Source: Candidatus Saccharimonadota bacterium (GTDB lineage Bacteria; Bacteroidota; Bacteroidia; Flavobacteriales; Blattabacteriaceae). From it: 32,000 nt of DNA. The notes under the pieces are model-generated. The model ran no database searches. It was given only the letters and a program-made list of their open reading frames with translations, and was not told the origin of the DNA. The translations under genes and the position numbers were made by a program. The stretch is taken from assembly GCF_014251775.1 (NCBI RefSeq), contig NZ_CP059199.1, positions 360,001 to 392,000 on the forward strand, written 5' to 3'. Every line of letters begins with the position of its first letter. Within the stretch, counting starts at the first letter, position 1. Positions 1 through 9,480 of the stretch are shown in pieces.

Positions 1-345
1 ATTTTTTTTTGCACTTTTATCTGACATTATTCCATGAGAAGTAGAAACAATAGCAATTCCTAATCCATTTAAAACCCTAGGTAATTTTTTATATTTACAA
101 TATATTCTTAATCCTGGTTTGCTAATTCTAATTAAATTTTTAATAACTGGTTTATTTTTATAATATTTTAATGCTAGTTTAATTAGATTTTTTTCTTTTT
201 CTATTTTATATCCTAATATATAACCGTTTTTCAATAAGACTATGGAAATATTTTCTTTAATTTTAGATAATTCTGTTACCAAAATTTTATGTCCAACATT
301 AGAGGCATTTCTAATCATAGTTAAAAAATTAGCAATTGAATCCAT
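1..345 (-). CDS. rpsH: 30S ribosomal protein S8 (uS8), 3' end truncated by window edge
   Basis: My reverse-strand translation from the ATG at 345-343 gives MDSIANFLTMIRNASNVGHKILV...STSHGIMSDKSAKKN, a typical S8 N-terminus and core. It lies upstream of rpsN as in spc operons. It is not in the ORF track because it runs off the window. Confidence 0.85.
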   Translation of the reverse strand, partial: MDSIANFLTMIRNASNVGHKILVTELSKIKENISIVLLKNGYILGYKIEKEKNLIKLALKYYKNKPVIKNLIRISKPGLRIYCKYKKLPRVLNGLGIAIVSTSHGIMSDKSAKKN

Positions 346-414
346 TTATTATTTTTAATTTATTTTTTTATAATATATATAAATTATATAAATAATCTAA
401 TAATATTATTAAAT

Positions 415-684
415 CTACCAACTAGCTTTTTTTATCCCTGGAATTAATCCTTGAGATACTAAACTTCTAAAAACTATCCTAGATACTCCAAACTTTCTAA
501 TATATCCTCTACATCTTCCAGATATAGTACATCTATTTCTTAAACGTACTGGAGATGCATTTCTAGGCAATCTTTGTAATAATTCATAATTTTTACTTTT
601 TTTTAAAAATTTTCTTTTTTCATAAAATTTTAATACCATTTTTTCTCTCTTTTTTTGTCTTGCTTTTACAGATTCTTTAGCCAT
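415..684 (-). CDS. rpsN: 30S ribosomal protein S14 (uS14)
   Basis: 89 aa, [15 protein letters not shown]...[17 protein letters not shown]...ASW. This is the S14 signature in the spc operon position. Confidence 0.9.
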   Translation of the reverse strand: MAKESVKARQKKREKMVLKFYEKRKFLKKSKNYELLQRLPRNASPVRLRNRCTISGRCRGYIRKFGVSRIVFRSLVSQGLIPGIKKASW

Positions 685-687
685 ATA

Positions 688-1263
688 TTAATTTTTTTTT
701 TTAAATGGAATTCCTAATAAAGATAAAAGACCTTTAGATTCCAAATATTTTGTTGTAGAAATTACAAATGTAATATTCATTCCCATATTTTTTCTAATTT
801 CATCTATATTTATTTCTGGAAAAATTATTTGTTCTTTAATTCCAATATTATAATTTCCACAATTATCAAATCCACTATTGGATAATCCATTAAAATCTCT
901 TACTCTAGGTAAATAAACTACAATAAGTCTTTCCAGGAATTCATACATTTTATCTCTTCTTAATGTTACTTTTACACCTATAGGGGTCCCTTTTCTTAAT
1001 TTAAATCCAGATTCGTCATGTTTAGAATAACAAATAATTGCTTTTTGTCCACTTATATTTGTTAATTCTTTTAAAGAAGAGTCTAATATTTTTTTATCAT
1101 TTAAATAAGTACTACCTATTCCCTGATGAATTACAATTTTTAATAATTTAGGAACTTCCATAATAGAATTATACCCAAATTTTTTCATTAATTTTTTAGT
1201 TACATTTTTTTTATAAAAATTATATAATTGAGGGGTGTAATCAGAAAAATTATTTAGATTCAT
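688..1263 (-). CDS. rplE: 50S ribosomal protein L5 (uL5)
   Basis: 191 aa with FGYNSIMEVPKLLKIVIHQGIG and GMNITFV motifs typical of L5. Position is between rplX and rpsN. Confidence 0.9.
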   Translation of the reverse strand: MNLNNFSDYTPQLYNFYKKNVTKKLMKKFGYNSIMEVPKLLKIVIHQGIGSTYLNDKKILDSSLKELTNISGQKAIICYSKHDESGFKLRKGTPIGVKVTLRRDKMYEFLERLIVVYLPRVRDFNGLSNSGFDNCGNYNIGIKEQIIFPEINIDEIRKNMGMNITFVISTTKYLESKGLLSLLGIPFKKKN

Positions 1264-1927
1264 TTTTATTAATCTTTTTTAGATTAGATAAATGTATATA
1301 ATATCTATTTTTTGATTCTTTATTAAAACTTTTTTTCAAATTATTATTAAAATTCTTTTTCAAATTTTTATTAAAATAATTTTTCAAATTATTATTAAAA
1401 TTTTTTTTCAAATTTTTATTAAGATAATTTTTTAAATTTTTATCAAAATAGTTTTTCAAATCTTTATCAAGATCATTTTTCAAATCTTTATCAAGATCAT
1501 TTTTTGAATCTTTATCAAGATCATTTTTCAAATCTTTATCAAGATCATTTTTTGAATCTTTATCAAGATCATTTTTTGAATCTTTATCAAGATCATTTTT
1601 TGAATCTTTATCAAGATCATTTTTCAAATCTTTATCAAGATCATTTTTTGAATCTTTATCAAGATCATTTTTTGAATCTTTATCAAGATCATTTTTTGAA
1701 TCTTTATCAGAATTATTTATATTTACATTTGTGATATCATTGTTTATATTGATATCACTGTTTACATTAGTGATATCACTAAACTTAGTGATATCACTAT
1801 TAATAATATCACTAAAAATAGCTTTATTTTTTTTTGTTAAAATTTTTAATACAATTCCTTTTTTCCCTTTGTGATTTCCAGATAATACAATTACTTTATC
1901 CCCTTTTTTTATCTTAAATTTTTTCAT
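1250..1927 (-). CDS. rplX: 50S ribosomal protein L24 (uL24) with a large internal low-complexity repeat expansion
   Basis: The N-terminal KOW region MKKFKIKKGDKVIVLSGNHKGKKGIVLKILTKKNKAIF and the C-terminal IHLSNL motif match L24, and the position between rplN and rplE is syntenic. The ORF is 225 aa, whereas bacterial L24 is usually about 100-105 aa. The middle is D/K/N/S-rich tandem repeats. Confidence 0.8.
   Translation of the reverse strand: MKKFKIKKGDKVIVLSGNHKGKKGIVLKILTKKNKAIFSDIINSDITKFSDITNVNSDININNDITNVNINNSDKDSKNDLDKDSKNDLDKDSKNDLDKDLKNDLDKDSKNDLDKDSKNDLDKDSKNDLDKDLKNDLDKDSKNDLDKDLKNDLDKDLKNYFDKNLKNYLNKNLKKNFNNNLKNYFNKNLKKNFNNNLKKSFNKESKNRYYIHLSNLKKINKNESK
1301..1459. repeat. Degenerate copies of the same 24-bp (8-aa) unit, partly organised as a 48-bp higher-order repeat
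   Basis: Encodes DKDLKNYF DKNLKNYL NKNLKKNF NNNLKNYF NKNLKKNF NNNLKKSF NKESKNRY. The segments at about 1336-1383 and 1384-1431 are near-duplicates. Confidence 0.8.
1460..1709. repeat. Near-perfect 24-bp tandem repeat, 10 full units plus a partial one, inside rplX
   Basis: Plus-strand units are atctttatcaagatcatttttcaa and atctttatcaagatcattttttga. They encode DKDLKNDL and DKDSKNDL on the minus strand. I read the units one by one, and they differ only at the caa/tga dinucleotide. Confidence 0.95.
1731..1813. repeat. Short in-frame repeat family built on the self-complementary core AGTGATATCACT
   Basis: GATATCA cores start at 1733, 1751, 1772 and 1790, with a degenerate AATATCA at 1805. Spacings are 18, 21, 18 and 15 bp. 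There is a perfect 16-bp palindrome ttagtgatatcactaa at 1767-1782. The region encodes SDIT/SDIN motifs. Confidence 0.8.
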
Positions 1928-1940
1928 ATTTTTTATTATA

Positions 1941-2315
1941 TTATAACACCTCTTGTGCTAAAGATATAATTTTCATATATTCTTTTTCTCTTAATTCTCT
2001 TGCTACAGGCCCAAATACTCTAGTTCCTGTCATTTCTCCTGAAGAATTAATTAATACACATGCATTATCATCAAAACTTATATAAGATCCATCTATCCTC
2101 TTAACTCTTTTTCGTGTTCTTATAACAACTGCTCTAGAAATTTGCCCCTTTTTTACAGCAATATTACTTCCAGAACTAGAATTTTTAATAGTGACAATTA
2201 TAGAATCACCTAATGTAGCATATCTTTTTTTTGATCCTCCTAATACTCTTATAATTAAAGCCTCTTTTGCCCCAGTATTATCCGAAACTTTACACATTGA
2301 CTCTTGTTGTAACAT
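1941..2315 (-). CDS. rplN: 50S ribosomal protein L14 (uL14)
   Basis: 124 aa, [19 protein letters not shown]...[20 protein letters not shown]. This is a classic L14. Confidence 0.92.
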   Translation of the reverse strand: MLQQESMCKVSDNTGAKEALIIRVLGGSKKRYATLGDSIIVTIKNSSSGSNIAVKKGQISRAVVIRTRKRVKRIDGSYISFDDNACVLINSSGEMTGTRVFGPVARELREKEYMKIISLAQEVL

Positions 2316-2319
2316 ATCA

Positions 2320-2574
2320 TTAATATTTTTCTAATATTTTTAATAATCTCCAACATTTTCTTTTACTTAACGGACGGGTTTCCATAATACTTACTTTATC
2401 TCCATTTTTAGAAATATTTTTTTCATCATGAACTAAATATTTCTTCTTTTTTAGAATACCTTTTCCATAATATTTATGTTTAACTTTTTTTGTCTCACAT
2501 ACTACTATAGTTTTATTCATTTTATCACTTACAACAATTCCCTTTCTTTGTTTTCTAATTTTTCTCAACCTCAT
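2320..2574 (-). CDS. rpsQ: 30S ribosomal protein S17 (uS17)
   Basis: 84 aa with [19 protein letters not shown]...HDEKN...GDKV.I.ETRPLSK. It overlaps the rpmC 3' end by 20 bp. Confidence 0.9.
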   Translation of the reverse strand: MRLRKIRKQRKGIVVSDKMNKTIVVCETKKVKHKYYGKGILKKKKYLVHDEKNISKNGDKVSIMETRPLSKRKCWRLLKILEKY

Positions 2575-2782
2575 TAGATTTTATTCTTTTATTTAATTCA
2601 GTTTTCAATTGAGCAATATATTTTCTAATATTACTAATTTTTGTAGTAATTTTTATTTTTTTTACAGAATGAGCAAATTTAATTTGTTGATATTTTTTTT
2701 TATTTTTTTTAATAAAATTTTCTAAATCATTAATAGATAATTTATTTAATCTTTTAAAACTAGATATTTTGAAATTTTTCAT
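2555..2782 (-). CDS. rpmC: 50S ribosomal protein L29 (uL29)
   Basis: 75 aa, helical and K-rich, with [22 protein letters not shown]. Position is between rplP and rpsQ. Confidence 0.8.
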   Translation of the reverse strand: MKNFKISSFKRLNKLSINDLENFIKKNKKKYQQIKFAHSVKKIKITTKISNIRKYIAQLKTELNKRIKSNEVEKN

Positions 2783-2791
2783 AAAATAATA

Positions 2792-3202
2792 TTAATACTT
2801 TTTATAAATAAATTTCATTTTAATAGGCAACTTTTGAGCCGCTAATCTTAAAGATTCCCTAGCAATATTAAAATTAACTCCGTCTAATTCAAATAATATT
2901 CTACCTGGTTTAACTATTGAAACCCAAAATTCTACTGGACCTTTACCTTTTCCCATACGTACTTCTTGTGGTTTCTTAGTTGCTGGTTTATCTGGAAAAA
3001 TATTTATCCATAATTTACCTTCTCTTTTCATATATCTAGTAGCTGCTATACGAGCTGCTTCTAATTGTCTAGAAGTAATCCAAGCCTTTTCCATAGCTTT
3101 TATTCCATATAAACCTCTTGATAAAAAAAAACCTTTTTTAGAATTACCTTTAATTCTACCTTTTTGCATTTTTTTATATTTTGTCCTTTTTGGTTGTAAC
3201 AT
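2792..3202 (-). CDS. rplP: 50S ribosomal protein L16 (uL16)
   Basis: 136 aa, [19 protein letters not shown]...RMGKGKG.VEFWV. Confidence 0.92.
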   Translation of the reverse strand: MLQPKRTKYKKMQKGRIKGNSKKGFFLSRGLYGIKAMEKAWITSRQLEAARIAATRYMKREGKLWINIFPDKPATKKPQEVRMGKGKGPVEFWVSIVKPGRILFELDGVNFNIARESLRLAAQKLPIKMKFIYKKY

Positions 3203-3211
3203 CTAATCTTA

Positions 3212-3916
3212 TTATTTTTTTCTTCTATTATAAGAATAATTTTGCTTATTTTTTTTTCTATGATAATGTGTTTCTAATGATGGAAATAAGTTTTTTTTCC
3301 CATAAACTTCTCCTTTCATAATCCAAACTTTTATACCAATACTACCGTAAGCAGTATGAGCAATATCCATATAATAATCTACATTAGCACGAAAAGTTCC
3401 TAAAGATATTCTGCCTTCTTTATATGACTCACATCTAGCCATCTCAGATCCATTTAATCTTCCCGATACTTGTATTTTTATCCCTTGAACATTCATTCTT
3501 ATAGCAGATAAAATAGAAAATTTAATTACTTTTTTATAAGGAACTCTATTTTCTAAATGTCTAGCTAAAGCTTTAGCTACTAAAGTAGCATCTACTTCAG
3601 GTTTCTTTACTTCAGAGATATTTATTTGAACCTCTTTTTTCGTAATTTTTTTTAATTCTTTTCTAACAGAATTTACTTCTTCACCTCTTTTTCCTATAAC
3701 AATTGCTGGTCTCGATGTACGAACTGTTATCGTAATAAATTTTAAAGTTCTTTCTATAAATATTTTAGATATTATCCCTTTTGGAAATCTACCTTCAATA
3801 TATTTTCTAACTTTAAAATCTTCTTTAATTCTTTCCTTATAATTATTACACCAACTAGATTGCCAGCCTATTACAATACCTAAACGATTAACTATTGGAT
3901 TTGTCTTTCGTCCCAT
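3212..3916 (-). CDS. rpsC: 30S ribosomal protein S3 (uS3)
   Basis: 234 aa, [14 protein letters not shown]...KH-domain IGKRGEEV...[10 protein letters not shown], with a basic C-terminal tail. Confidence 0.92.
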   Translation of the reverse strand: MGRKTNPIVNRLGIVIGWQSSWCNNYKERIKEDFKVRKYIEGRFPKGIISKIFIERTLKFITITVRTSRPAIVIGKRGEEVNSVRKELKKITKKEVQINISEVKKPEVDATLVAKALARHLENRVPYKKVIKFSILSAIRMNVQGIKIQVSGRLNGSEMARCESYKEGRISLGTFRANVDYYMDIAHTAYGSIGIKVWIMKGEVYGKKNLFPSLETHYHRKKNKQNYSYNRRKK

Positions 3917-3941
3917 AAGTTTATTATATAATTAATTTTAT

Positions 3942-4322
3942 TTATTTATTTTGGATACAAATCATTATGTGACTTGATTTCTTTTTTATCCTATGACCTC
4001 TTCCTTGAGGAGCAGGTTGGATCCTTTTCAAAACTTTTCCTTGATCCACTCTAATTTCTTTTATATAAATAAATTCATTTTTAGAATCATAATCTATTCC
4101 ACTTTTTTTAGTCCAATTGGATAATGAAGAAATTATCAATTTTTTAAAAATAATAGCTCCTTTTTTTTTACTATTTGATAGTATATTCAAAGCATTTTTT
4201 AATTCTTCATAACGAATTAAATCAGCAACTAATCTTAATTTTCTAGGAGAAATTGAAACTCCTTTTAAAGTGGCTGAAGCCATGATTTTATTTTTTTTAG
4301 CATAATTATTACTAATAATCAT
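3942..4322 (-). CDS. rplV: 50S ribosomal protein L22 (uL22)
   Basis: 126 aa with SPRKLRLVADLIR and QPAPQGRGHRIKKKSSHI. The start could instead be the internal Met 13 codons downstream. Confidence 0.88.
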   Translation of the reverse strand: MIISNNYAKKNKIMASATLKGVSISPRKLRLVADLIRYEELKNALNILSNSKKKGAIIFKKLIISSLSNWTKKSGIDYDSKNEFIYIKEIRVDQGKVLKRIQPAPQGRGHRIKKKSSHIMICIQNK

Positions 4323-4339
4323 ATAATCATAAATAATTA

Positions 4340-4627
4340 TTATTTACTTGGATTCTTTATCTTATTTTTAGATCCAGAATGCGCCCTAAAAACTCTGGTA
4401 GGAGCAAATTCTCCTAATTTTCTACCTATCATATTTTCAGTTATATAAACATTAATGAATTGTTTTCCATTATGAACTGCAAAAGTTTGACCGACAAAAT
4501 CGGGAAGAATAGTCGATGGTCTAGACCAAGTTTTAATAACTGTTTTTTTATTAGATTTTATATTTTTTAAAACTTTTCTATACAATTTATAAGATATATA
4601 TGGTCCTTTTTTTAAAGATCTTGGCAT
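4340..4627 (-). CDS. rpsS: 30S ribosomal protein S19 (uS19)
   Basis: 95 aa, [15 protein letters not shown]...[27 protein letters not shown]. Confidence 0.93.
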   Translation of the reverse strand: MPRSLKKGPYISYKLYRKVLKNIKSNKKTVIKTWSRPSTILPDFVGQTFAVHNGKQFINVYITENMIGRKLGEFAPTRVFRAHSGSKNKIKNPSK

Positions 4628-4636
4628 AATATTATA

Positions 4637-5467
4637 TTATCTCTTTTTTCTTCTTTGTAAAATATATTTATTAGAATATTTATTTTTTATTCTTGTTTTA
4701 AAACCTTTTGAATAATTACCTTTTCTATTTCTAGGAATTCCACCAGAAGCTTTTCCTTCTCCACCCCCCATAGGATGATCGACAGGATTCATAGCTACAC
4801 CTCTAGTTCTTGGTCTTCTACCTAAATGTCTTTTTTTTCCTGCTTTTCCATAAGTTTCTAATTGGTGATCAGAATTAGAAACTGATCCTATTGTTGCCAT
4901 ACAATTTGACATAATCATTCTAATTTCTCCTGATGGTAATTTTATTGTAACATATTTTCCCTCTTTTGCAAATAATTCTGCAAAACTTCCAGCACTTCTA
5001 GCTATTTTAGCACCTTGTCCTGGATTTATTTCTATGCAAGAAATAATAGTACCCAGCGGGATTTCACTTAAAAAAGTAGAATTACCTATTTGTATAGGAA
5101 TATTTTTTTCACCTGAAATTACTTTTTGCCCTATTTTTAATCCAGTTATTGCTATAATATAGCCTTTAGCTCCATCTACATAATTTAATAGTGCAATAAA
5201 AGAAGAACGATTTGGATCATATTCTATAGATTTTACAGTTGCAACAATAGAAAATTTTCTTCTTTTAAAATCAATTATTCTATATTTTTTTTTATGTCCT
5301 CCACCAAAATTACGTATTGTTCTACGTCCATAATTATTCCTTCCCCCAGTTTTTAATTTTCCTTTTGTTAATTTTTTTTCTGGAATAGAACTAGTTAAAA
5401 TTTTAAAATCATTCAAGATTCTAAACCTTTGTCCGGGTGTTGTTGGTTTTAATTTCTTTACTGACAT
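4637..5467 (-). CDS. rplB: 50S ribosomal protein L2 (uL2)
   Basis: 276 aa with [11 protein letters not shown] and [14 protein letters not shown] motifs. Confidence 0.95.
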   Translation of the reverse strand: MSVKKLKPTTPGQRFRILNDFKILTSSIPEKKLTKGKLKTGGRNNYGRRTIRNFGGGHKKKYRIIDFKRRKFSIVATVKSIEYDPNRSSFIALLNYVDGAKGYIIAITGLKIGQKVISGEKNIPIQIGNSTFLSEIPLGTIISCIEINPGQGAKIARSAGSFAELFAKEGKYVTIKLPSGEIRMIMSNCMATIGSVSNSDHQLETYGKAGKKRHLGRRPRTRGVAMNPVDHPMGGGEGKASGGIPRNRKGNYSKGFKTRIKNKYSNKYILQRRKKR

Positions 5468-5762
5468 TAATTATATTTTTTTTATTTGATAAATCTACAT
5501 TTTTATCTTCTTTAAATTGAATTTTTACTTTTTTAAAACTATTACTTCTTCCATAAAGAACACCTTTTTTAGTGAATTTTGATTTATTTTTTTTTGGATA
5601 AATCATCGTTCTAATATTTTTTATTGGAAAACCAAATAATTCAATTATTTCTTTCTTTATTTGATTTTTATTATATTTAATATTACTCACTATAAACGTA
5701 TAACAATGAAGATTTTTTTCGTCTTCAACAGTTTTTTTTGTTAAAAAATATTTAATTATCAT
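5421..5762 (-). CDS. rplW: 50S ribosomal protein L23 (uL23) with a C-terminal extension reading into rplB
   Basis: 113 aa, with a core matching L23 ([22 protein letters not shown]...[10 protein letters not shown]). The ORF continues about 17 codons past the usual end and overlaps rplB by 47 bp. Confidence 0.8.
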   Translation of the reverse strand: MIIKYFLTKKTVEDEKNLHCYTFIVSNIKYNKNQIKKEIIELFGFPIKNIRTMIYPKKNKSKFTKKGVLYGRSNSFKKVKIQFKEDKNVDLSNKKNIINVSKEIKTNNTRTKV

Positions 5763-6402
5763 AATACTTTGATATAATTAAAAAATTTTTAATTTTTTCT
5801 ATAGAATTTTTTAATAAAATAACATAAGGATAATTTAGTAAAGAAAAACAATCTAATTCATTCACATGAATAAATTTATACATTTTAAGATTTCTAAATG
5901 AGAGATATAAAATTTTATCATATTTTCCAGTGATTATCAATGATTTTTTACCTATTAAATTTAAAGAATCTAATAATTTCAACACTAATTTCGTTTTTGG
6001 AATTTTTAATGATGAAATATCATCAACTATCTTTACTTTATTCTGTAATATTTTTTTTTCAATAATAAATTTTCTTATTATTGATTTAGTTGTTTTATTT
6101 ACTTTTATATAATATTTCCTCGGCCTAGGTCCAAAAACTCTTCCTCCCCCTCTAAAAATTGGATTTTTTATGCTTCCTTTTCTAGAATTTCCAGTTCCTT
6201 TTTGTCTATGCAATTTTCTAGTACTTCCAGATACTTCTCCTCTCTCTTTAGACTTATGTGTACCTTGTCTTTGAGCAAATAAATACCTCTTTATTTCCAA
6301 ATGTAAAGACTTTTCATAAGATTTCTTAAAAAAAATACTATCATCAAATTCTACTTTTTCATTTGTTAAATTTCCATTATTATCAAAAATTTTTAATTCC
6401 AT
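5752..6402 (-). CDS. rplD: 50S ribosomal protein L4 (uL4)
   Basis: 216 aa with QRQGTHKSKERGEVSGSTRKLHRQKGTGNSRKGSIKNPIFRGGGRVFGPRPR. Confidence 0.92.
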   Translation of the reverse strand: MELKIFDNNGNLTNEKVEFDDSIFFKKSYEKSLHLEIKRYLFAQRQGTHKSKERGEVSGSTRKLHRQKGTGNSRKGSIKNPIFRGGGRVFGPRPRKYYIKVNKTTKSIIRKFIIEKKILQNKVKIVDDISSLKIPKTKLVLKLLDSLNLIGKKSLIITGKYDKILYLSFRNLKMYKFIHVNELDCFSLLNYPYVILLKNSIEKIKNFLIISKYYDN

Positions 6403-6406
6403 ATTT

Positions 6407-7030
6407 TTAAAATTTCTTCTTATTAATAAATAAATATGAATTTTTATTTCCAGGAACTGATCCTTTTAATATCAATAAATTTTTATCAAAATCCATTTTT
6501 AGAATTTTTAGATTTTTTATAGTAACATTATGATTCCCCATTCTTCCAGCCATTTTTTTTCCTTTAAAAACTCTAGAAGGATCTGAACCAGCACCTATAG
6601 ATCCCGGTGATCTTAATCGATTATGTTGTCCATGACTTCGTTCTCCAACACCTGAAAAATTATGTCTTTTAATAACTCCTTGAAATCCTTTACCTTTAGA
6701 AATTCCTTTTACATTAACTAAATCACCTATTTTAAATATATCAATATTAACTACTTGACCTAATTTATAAGAATTTTTAAAACTTGTTTTAATTTCTAAT
6801 AATTTTTTCTGAGGATGTACTCCAGATTTTTTAAAATGACCTAATAATGGTTTATTAATATTATTATATTTATTATCAGTTCCTAATTGAATCGACGAAT
6901 AACCATCATTTTCTATTGTTTTTATTTGAACTACATAACAACGATTAATTTTTATAATGGTACAAGATATATTTCTATTGTATAAAAATATACTTGTCAT
7001 ACCCATATTTTTTCCTATTAATCCAATCAT
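6407..7030 (-). CDS. rplC: 50S ribosomal protein L3 (uL3)
   Basis: 207 aa, [15 protein letters not shown]...[16 protein letters not shown]...HRSPGSIGA. Confidence 0.93.
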   Translation of the reverse strand: MIGLIGKNMGMTSIFLYNRNISCTIIKINRCYVVQIKTIENDGYSSIQLGTDNKYNNINKPLLGHFKKSGVHPQKKLLEIKTSFKNSYKLGQVVNIDIFKIGDLVNVKGISKGKGFQGVIKRHNFSGVGERSHGQHNRLRSPGSIGAGSDPSRVFKGKKMAGRMGNHNVTIKNLKILKMDFDKNLLILKGSVPGNKNSYLFINKKKF

Positions 7031-7045
7031 ATTTTTATAATTATT

Positions 7046-7351
7046 TTATACCTTTATTTCTACCTCTACTCCGCTAGGTAATTCTAATTTCATCAAAACA
7101 TCAACCGTTTTAGAAGATGCATTTTGGATTTGTAAAAGTCTTTTATGTGTAGGTAAAAAAAACTGTTCTCTAGATTTCTTATTTACATGAGGTGAACGAA
7201 GAATAGTATATATTTTTTTTTCTGTTGGTAATGGTATTGGACCATTTAAAATTACTCCGGTAGAAATTACAGAATTCACTATTTTTTTTGCAGACTTATC
7301 TAATAAACTATAATCATAAGACTTTAATTTTATTTTAATATCATATCCCAT
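7046..7351 (-). CDS. rpsJ: 30S ribosomal protein S10 (uS10)
   Basis: 101 aa, [21 protein letters not shown]...[28 protein letters not shown]. Confidence 0.93.
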   Translation of the reverse strand: MGYDIKIKLKSYDYSLLDKSAKKIVNSVISTGVILNGPIPLPTEKKIYTILRSPHVNKKSREQFFLPTHKRLLQIQNASSKTVDVLMKLELPSGVEVEIKV

Positions 7352-7354
7352 ATT

Positions 7355-9475
7355 CTATTTTTTTTTTATTCTTTCATTTTTATAAGTACTCTTTTTTTCT
7401 AAAATATTATCCACAATAGATCTAGGGACCACATCATAATGAGAAAATTCCATAATAGATGTTCCTCTACCTGATGATAAAGTTCGTAATATTGTAACAT
7501 ATCCAAACATTTCAGATAAAGGAACAGTAGCATGAATTATTTTTATGTTATTTTTACTTTCATCCATTTTTTGAATAAGTCCCCTTCTTCTATTGAGATC
7601 ACCGATTACATCCCCCATATTTTCTTCTGGAACAATTATTTCTAATTTCATAATAGGTTCTAGTAAAATCGGATTAGTTTTTTTTGCAGCTTCTCTAAAT
7701 CCAATTCTACTTGCCAATTCAAAAGATAATTGATCAGAGTCAACAGAATGATACGAACCATCTAATATAGTAACTTTAGCATTGTCTATTTCATAACCAA
7801 ATAAAGGACCGTTTTTCATCATATCTCTACAACCTTTTTCAATAGATGGTATATATTCCTTTGGAATATTTCCTCCTTTTATTTTATTAATAAATTCTAA
7901 TCCAGTTAATCTAGATTTTCTAGGTTCTAATCTAAATAAAATATCTGCATACTTACCTCTACCTCCAGTTTGTTTCTTATAAATTTCTCTATGTTCAACT
8001 AAACTCGTTAAAGCTTCTTTATATTCCACTTCTGGATTACCTTGATTAACTTCAACTTTAAATTCTCTTTTCATTCTATCTACAATAATTTCTAAATGTA
8101 ATTCTCCCATTCCAGAAATAATAGTTTGTCCAGTATAATCATCGATCCTTACTTGAAAGGTAGGATCTTCTTCCATCAATTTAGATAAAGCATTACTCAT
8201 TTTATCTATATCAGATTTATATTTAGGTTCAATAGCTAATCCAATTACAGGATCTGGAAAAGATATATTTTCCAATAAAATTGGATTTTTTTGATCACAT
8301 AAAGTATCACCAGTTTTAATATCTTTAAATCCAACTATAGCTGCTATATCACCAGCTCTAACTTTTTTAACAGGATTTTGTTTATTAGCATGCATTTGAT
8401 ATATTCTAGATATTCTTTCTTTATTTCCAGATCTAGAATTAAAACTATAAGATCCAGATTCGATATTTCCTGAATAAACTCTAAAAAAAGCTAATCTTCC
8501 AACAAACGGATCACTAGATATTTTAAAAGCTAATGCTGAAAAAGGTTCATTTTCTGTAGGTTTTCTAATTTCTTTTTTTTTACTAATTGGATTAATTCCT
8601 ATAACATCTTTAGTTTCAATAGGTGATGGTAAATAACAACAAATAGCATCTAATATTGACTGAACCCCTTTATTCTTAAAAGAAGAACCACATAGAATAG
8701 GAATAATTTTCATATTAATCGTATTTTCATGTAAAGAACGAATAATATCTTCTCTTGATAAAGAAGAATTATTATACAAAAATTTTTCCATTATATCATC
8801 ATCAAATTCAGATAAATTTTCAATAAGATTATTCCTATATTTTAATGTAAGATCTTTTAAATCATTCGGAATTGGAATATTTTTATAGCTCATACCATAA
8901 TCATTTTCATTCCAAACTATCGCTTGATTAGTAACTAAATCAACAACACCAATAAAATCATCTCCATATCCAATAGGAATCTGTAAAGGAACTGGATTAG
9001 CACCTAAAATATTTTTTATTTGTGAACAAACATCTAAAAAATCTGCTCCTTGACGATCCATCTTATTAACGAAAGCAATTCTAGGAATTGCATATTTATC
9101 AGCTTGTCTCCATACCGTTTCTGATTGTGGTTCTACACCATCTACTGCACTAAACAAAACTACCATTCCATCTAAAACTCTCATGGATCTTTCTACTTCT
9201 ACAGTAAAATCTACGTGACCAGGAGTATCTATAATATTGATTTGATATTTTTCATCATTACAGATCCATTCACAACATGTAGCGGCAGAAGTAATAGTTA
9301 TTCCTCTTTCTTGCTCCTGTAACATCCAATCCATAGTTGCAGTTCCATCATGGACTTCACCAATTTTATGATTTATTCCTGTATAAAATAGAATTCTTTC
9401 AGTAGTAGTAGTTTTTCCTGCATCAATATGCGCAGCAATACCAATATTTCTAATATATCTTAAATCTTTTACCAT
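7355..9475 (-). CDS. fusA: Elongation factor G
   Basis: 706 aa with GTPase motifs [17 protein letters not shown] and NKMD, plus EF-G domains IV and V. It lies directly between rpsG and rpsJ. Confidence 0.97.
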   Translation of the reverse strand: MVKDLRYIRNIGIAAHIDAGKTTTTERILFYTGINHKIGEVHDGTATMDWMLQEQERGITITSAATCCEWICNDEKYQINIIDTPGHVDFTVEVERSMRVLDGMVVLFSAVDGVEPQSETVWRQADKYAIPRIAFVNKMDRQGADFLDVCSQIKNILGANPVPLQIPIGYGDDFIGVVDLVTNQAIVWNENDYGMSYKNIPIPNDLKDLTLKYRNNLIENLSEFDDDIMEKFLYNNSSLSREDIIRSLHENTINMKIIPILCGSSFKNKGVQSILDAICCYLPSPIETKDVIGINPISKKKEIRKPTENEPFSALAFKISSDPFVGRLAFFRVYSGNIESGSYSFNSRSGNKERISRIYQMHANKQNPVKKVRAGDIAAIVGFKDIKTGDTLCDQKNPILLENISFPDPVIGLAIEPKYKSDIDKMSNALSKLMEEDPTFQVRIDDYTGQTIISGMGELHLEIIVDRMKREFKVEVNQGNPEVEYKEALTSLVEHREIYKKQTGGRGKYADILFRLEPRKSRLTGLEFINKIKGGNIPKEYIPSIEKGCRDMMKNGPLFGYEIDNAKVTILDGSYHSVDSDQLSFELASRIGFREAAKKTNPILLEPIMKLEIIVPEENMGDVIGDLNRRRGLIQKMDESKNNIKIIHATVPLSEMFGYVTILRTLSSGRGTSIMEFSHYDVVPRSIVDNILEKKSTYKNERIKKK

Positions 9476-9480
9476 AAAAT

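Noticed and set aside
1460-1709. The 24-bp direct repeats as a possible CRISPR array
   Set aside because: The units are directly abutting with no spacers. They lie inside a ribosomal protein ORF, keep its reading frame, and there are no cas genes in the window.
1504-1734. 76-aa plus-strand ORF (NLYQDHF repeats) antisense to rplX
   Set aside because: It is open only because the 24-bp unit happens to lack stops in that frame. It has no flanking conserved sequence and lies entirely within the repeat array of a recognisable minus-strand gene.
5930-6112. Antisense shadow ORFs. This one lies opposite rplD. Others are 9880-10140, 13625-13813, 19504-19686, 19518-19721, 20864-21106 and 26448-26798.
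   Set aside because: Each lies fully inside a well-supported conserved gene on the opposite strand. Their low-complexity I/L/F-rich translations are typical of antisense frames in AT-rich DNA.
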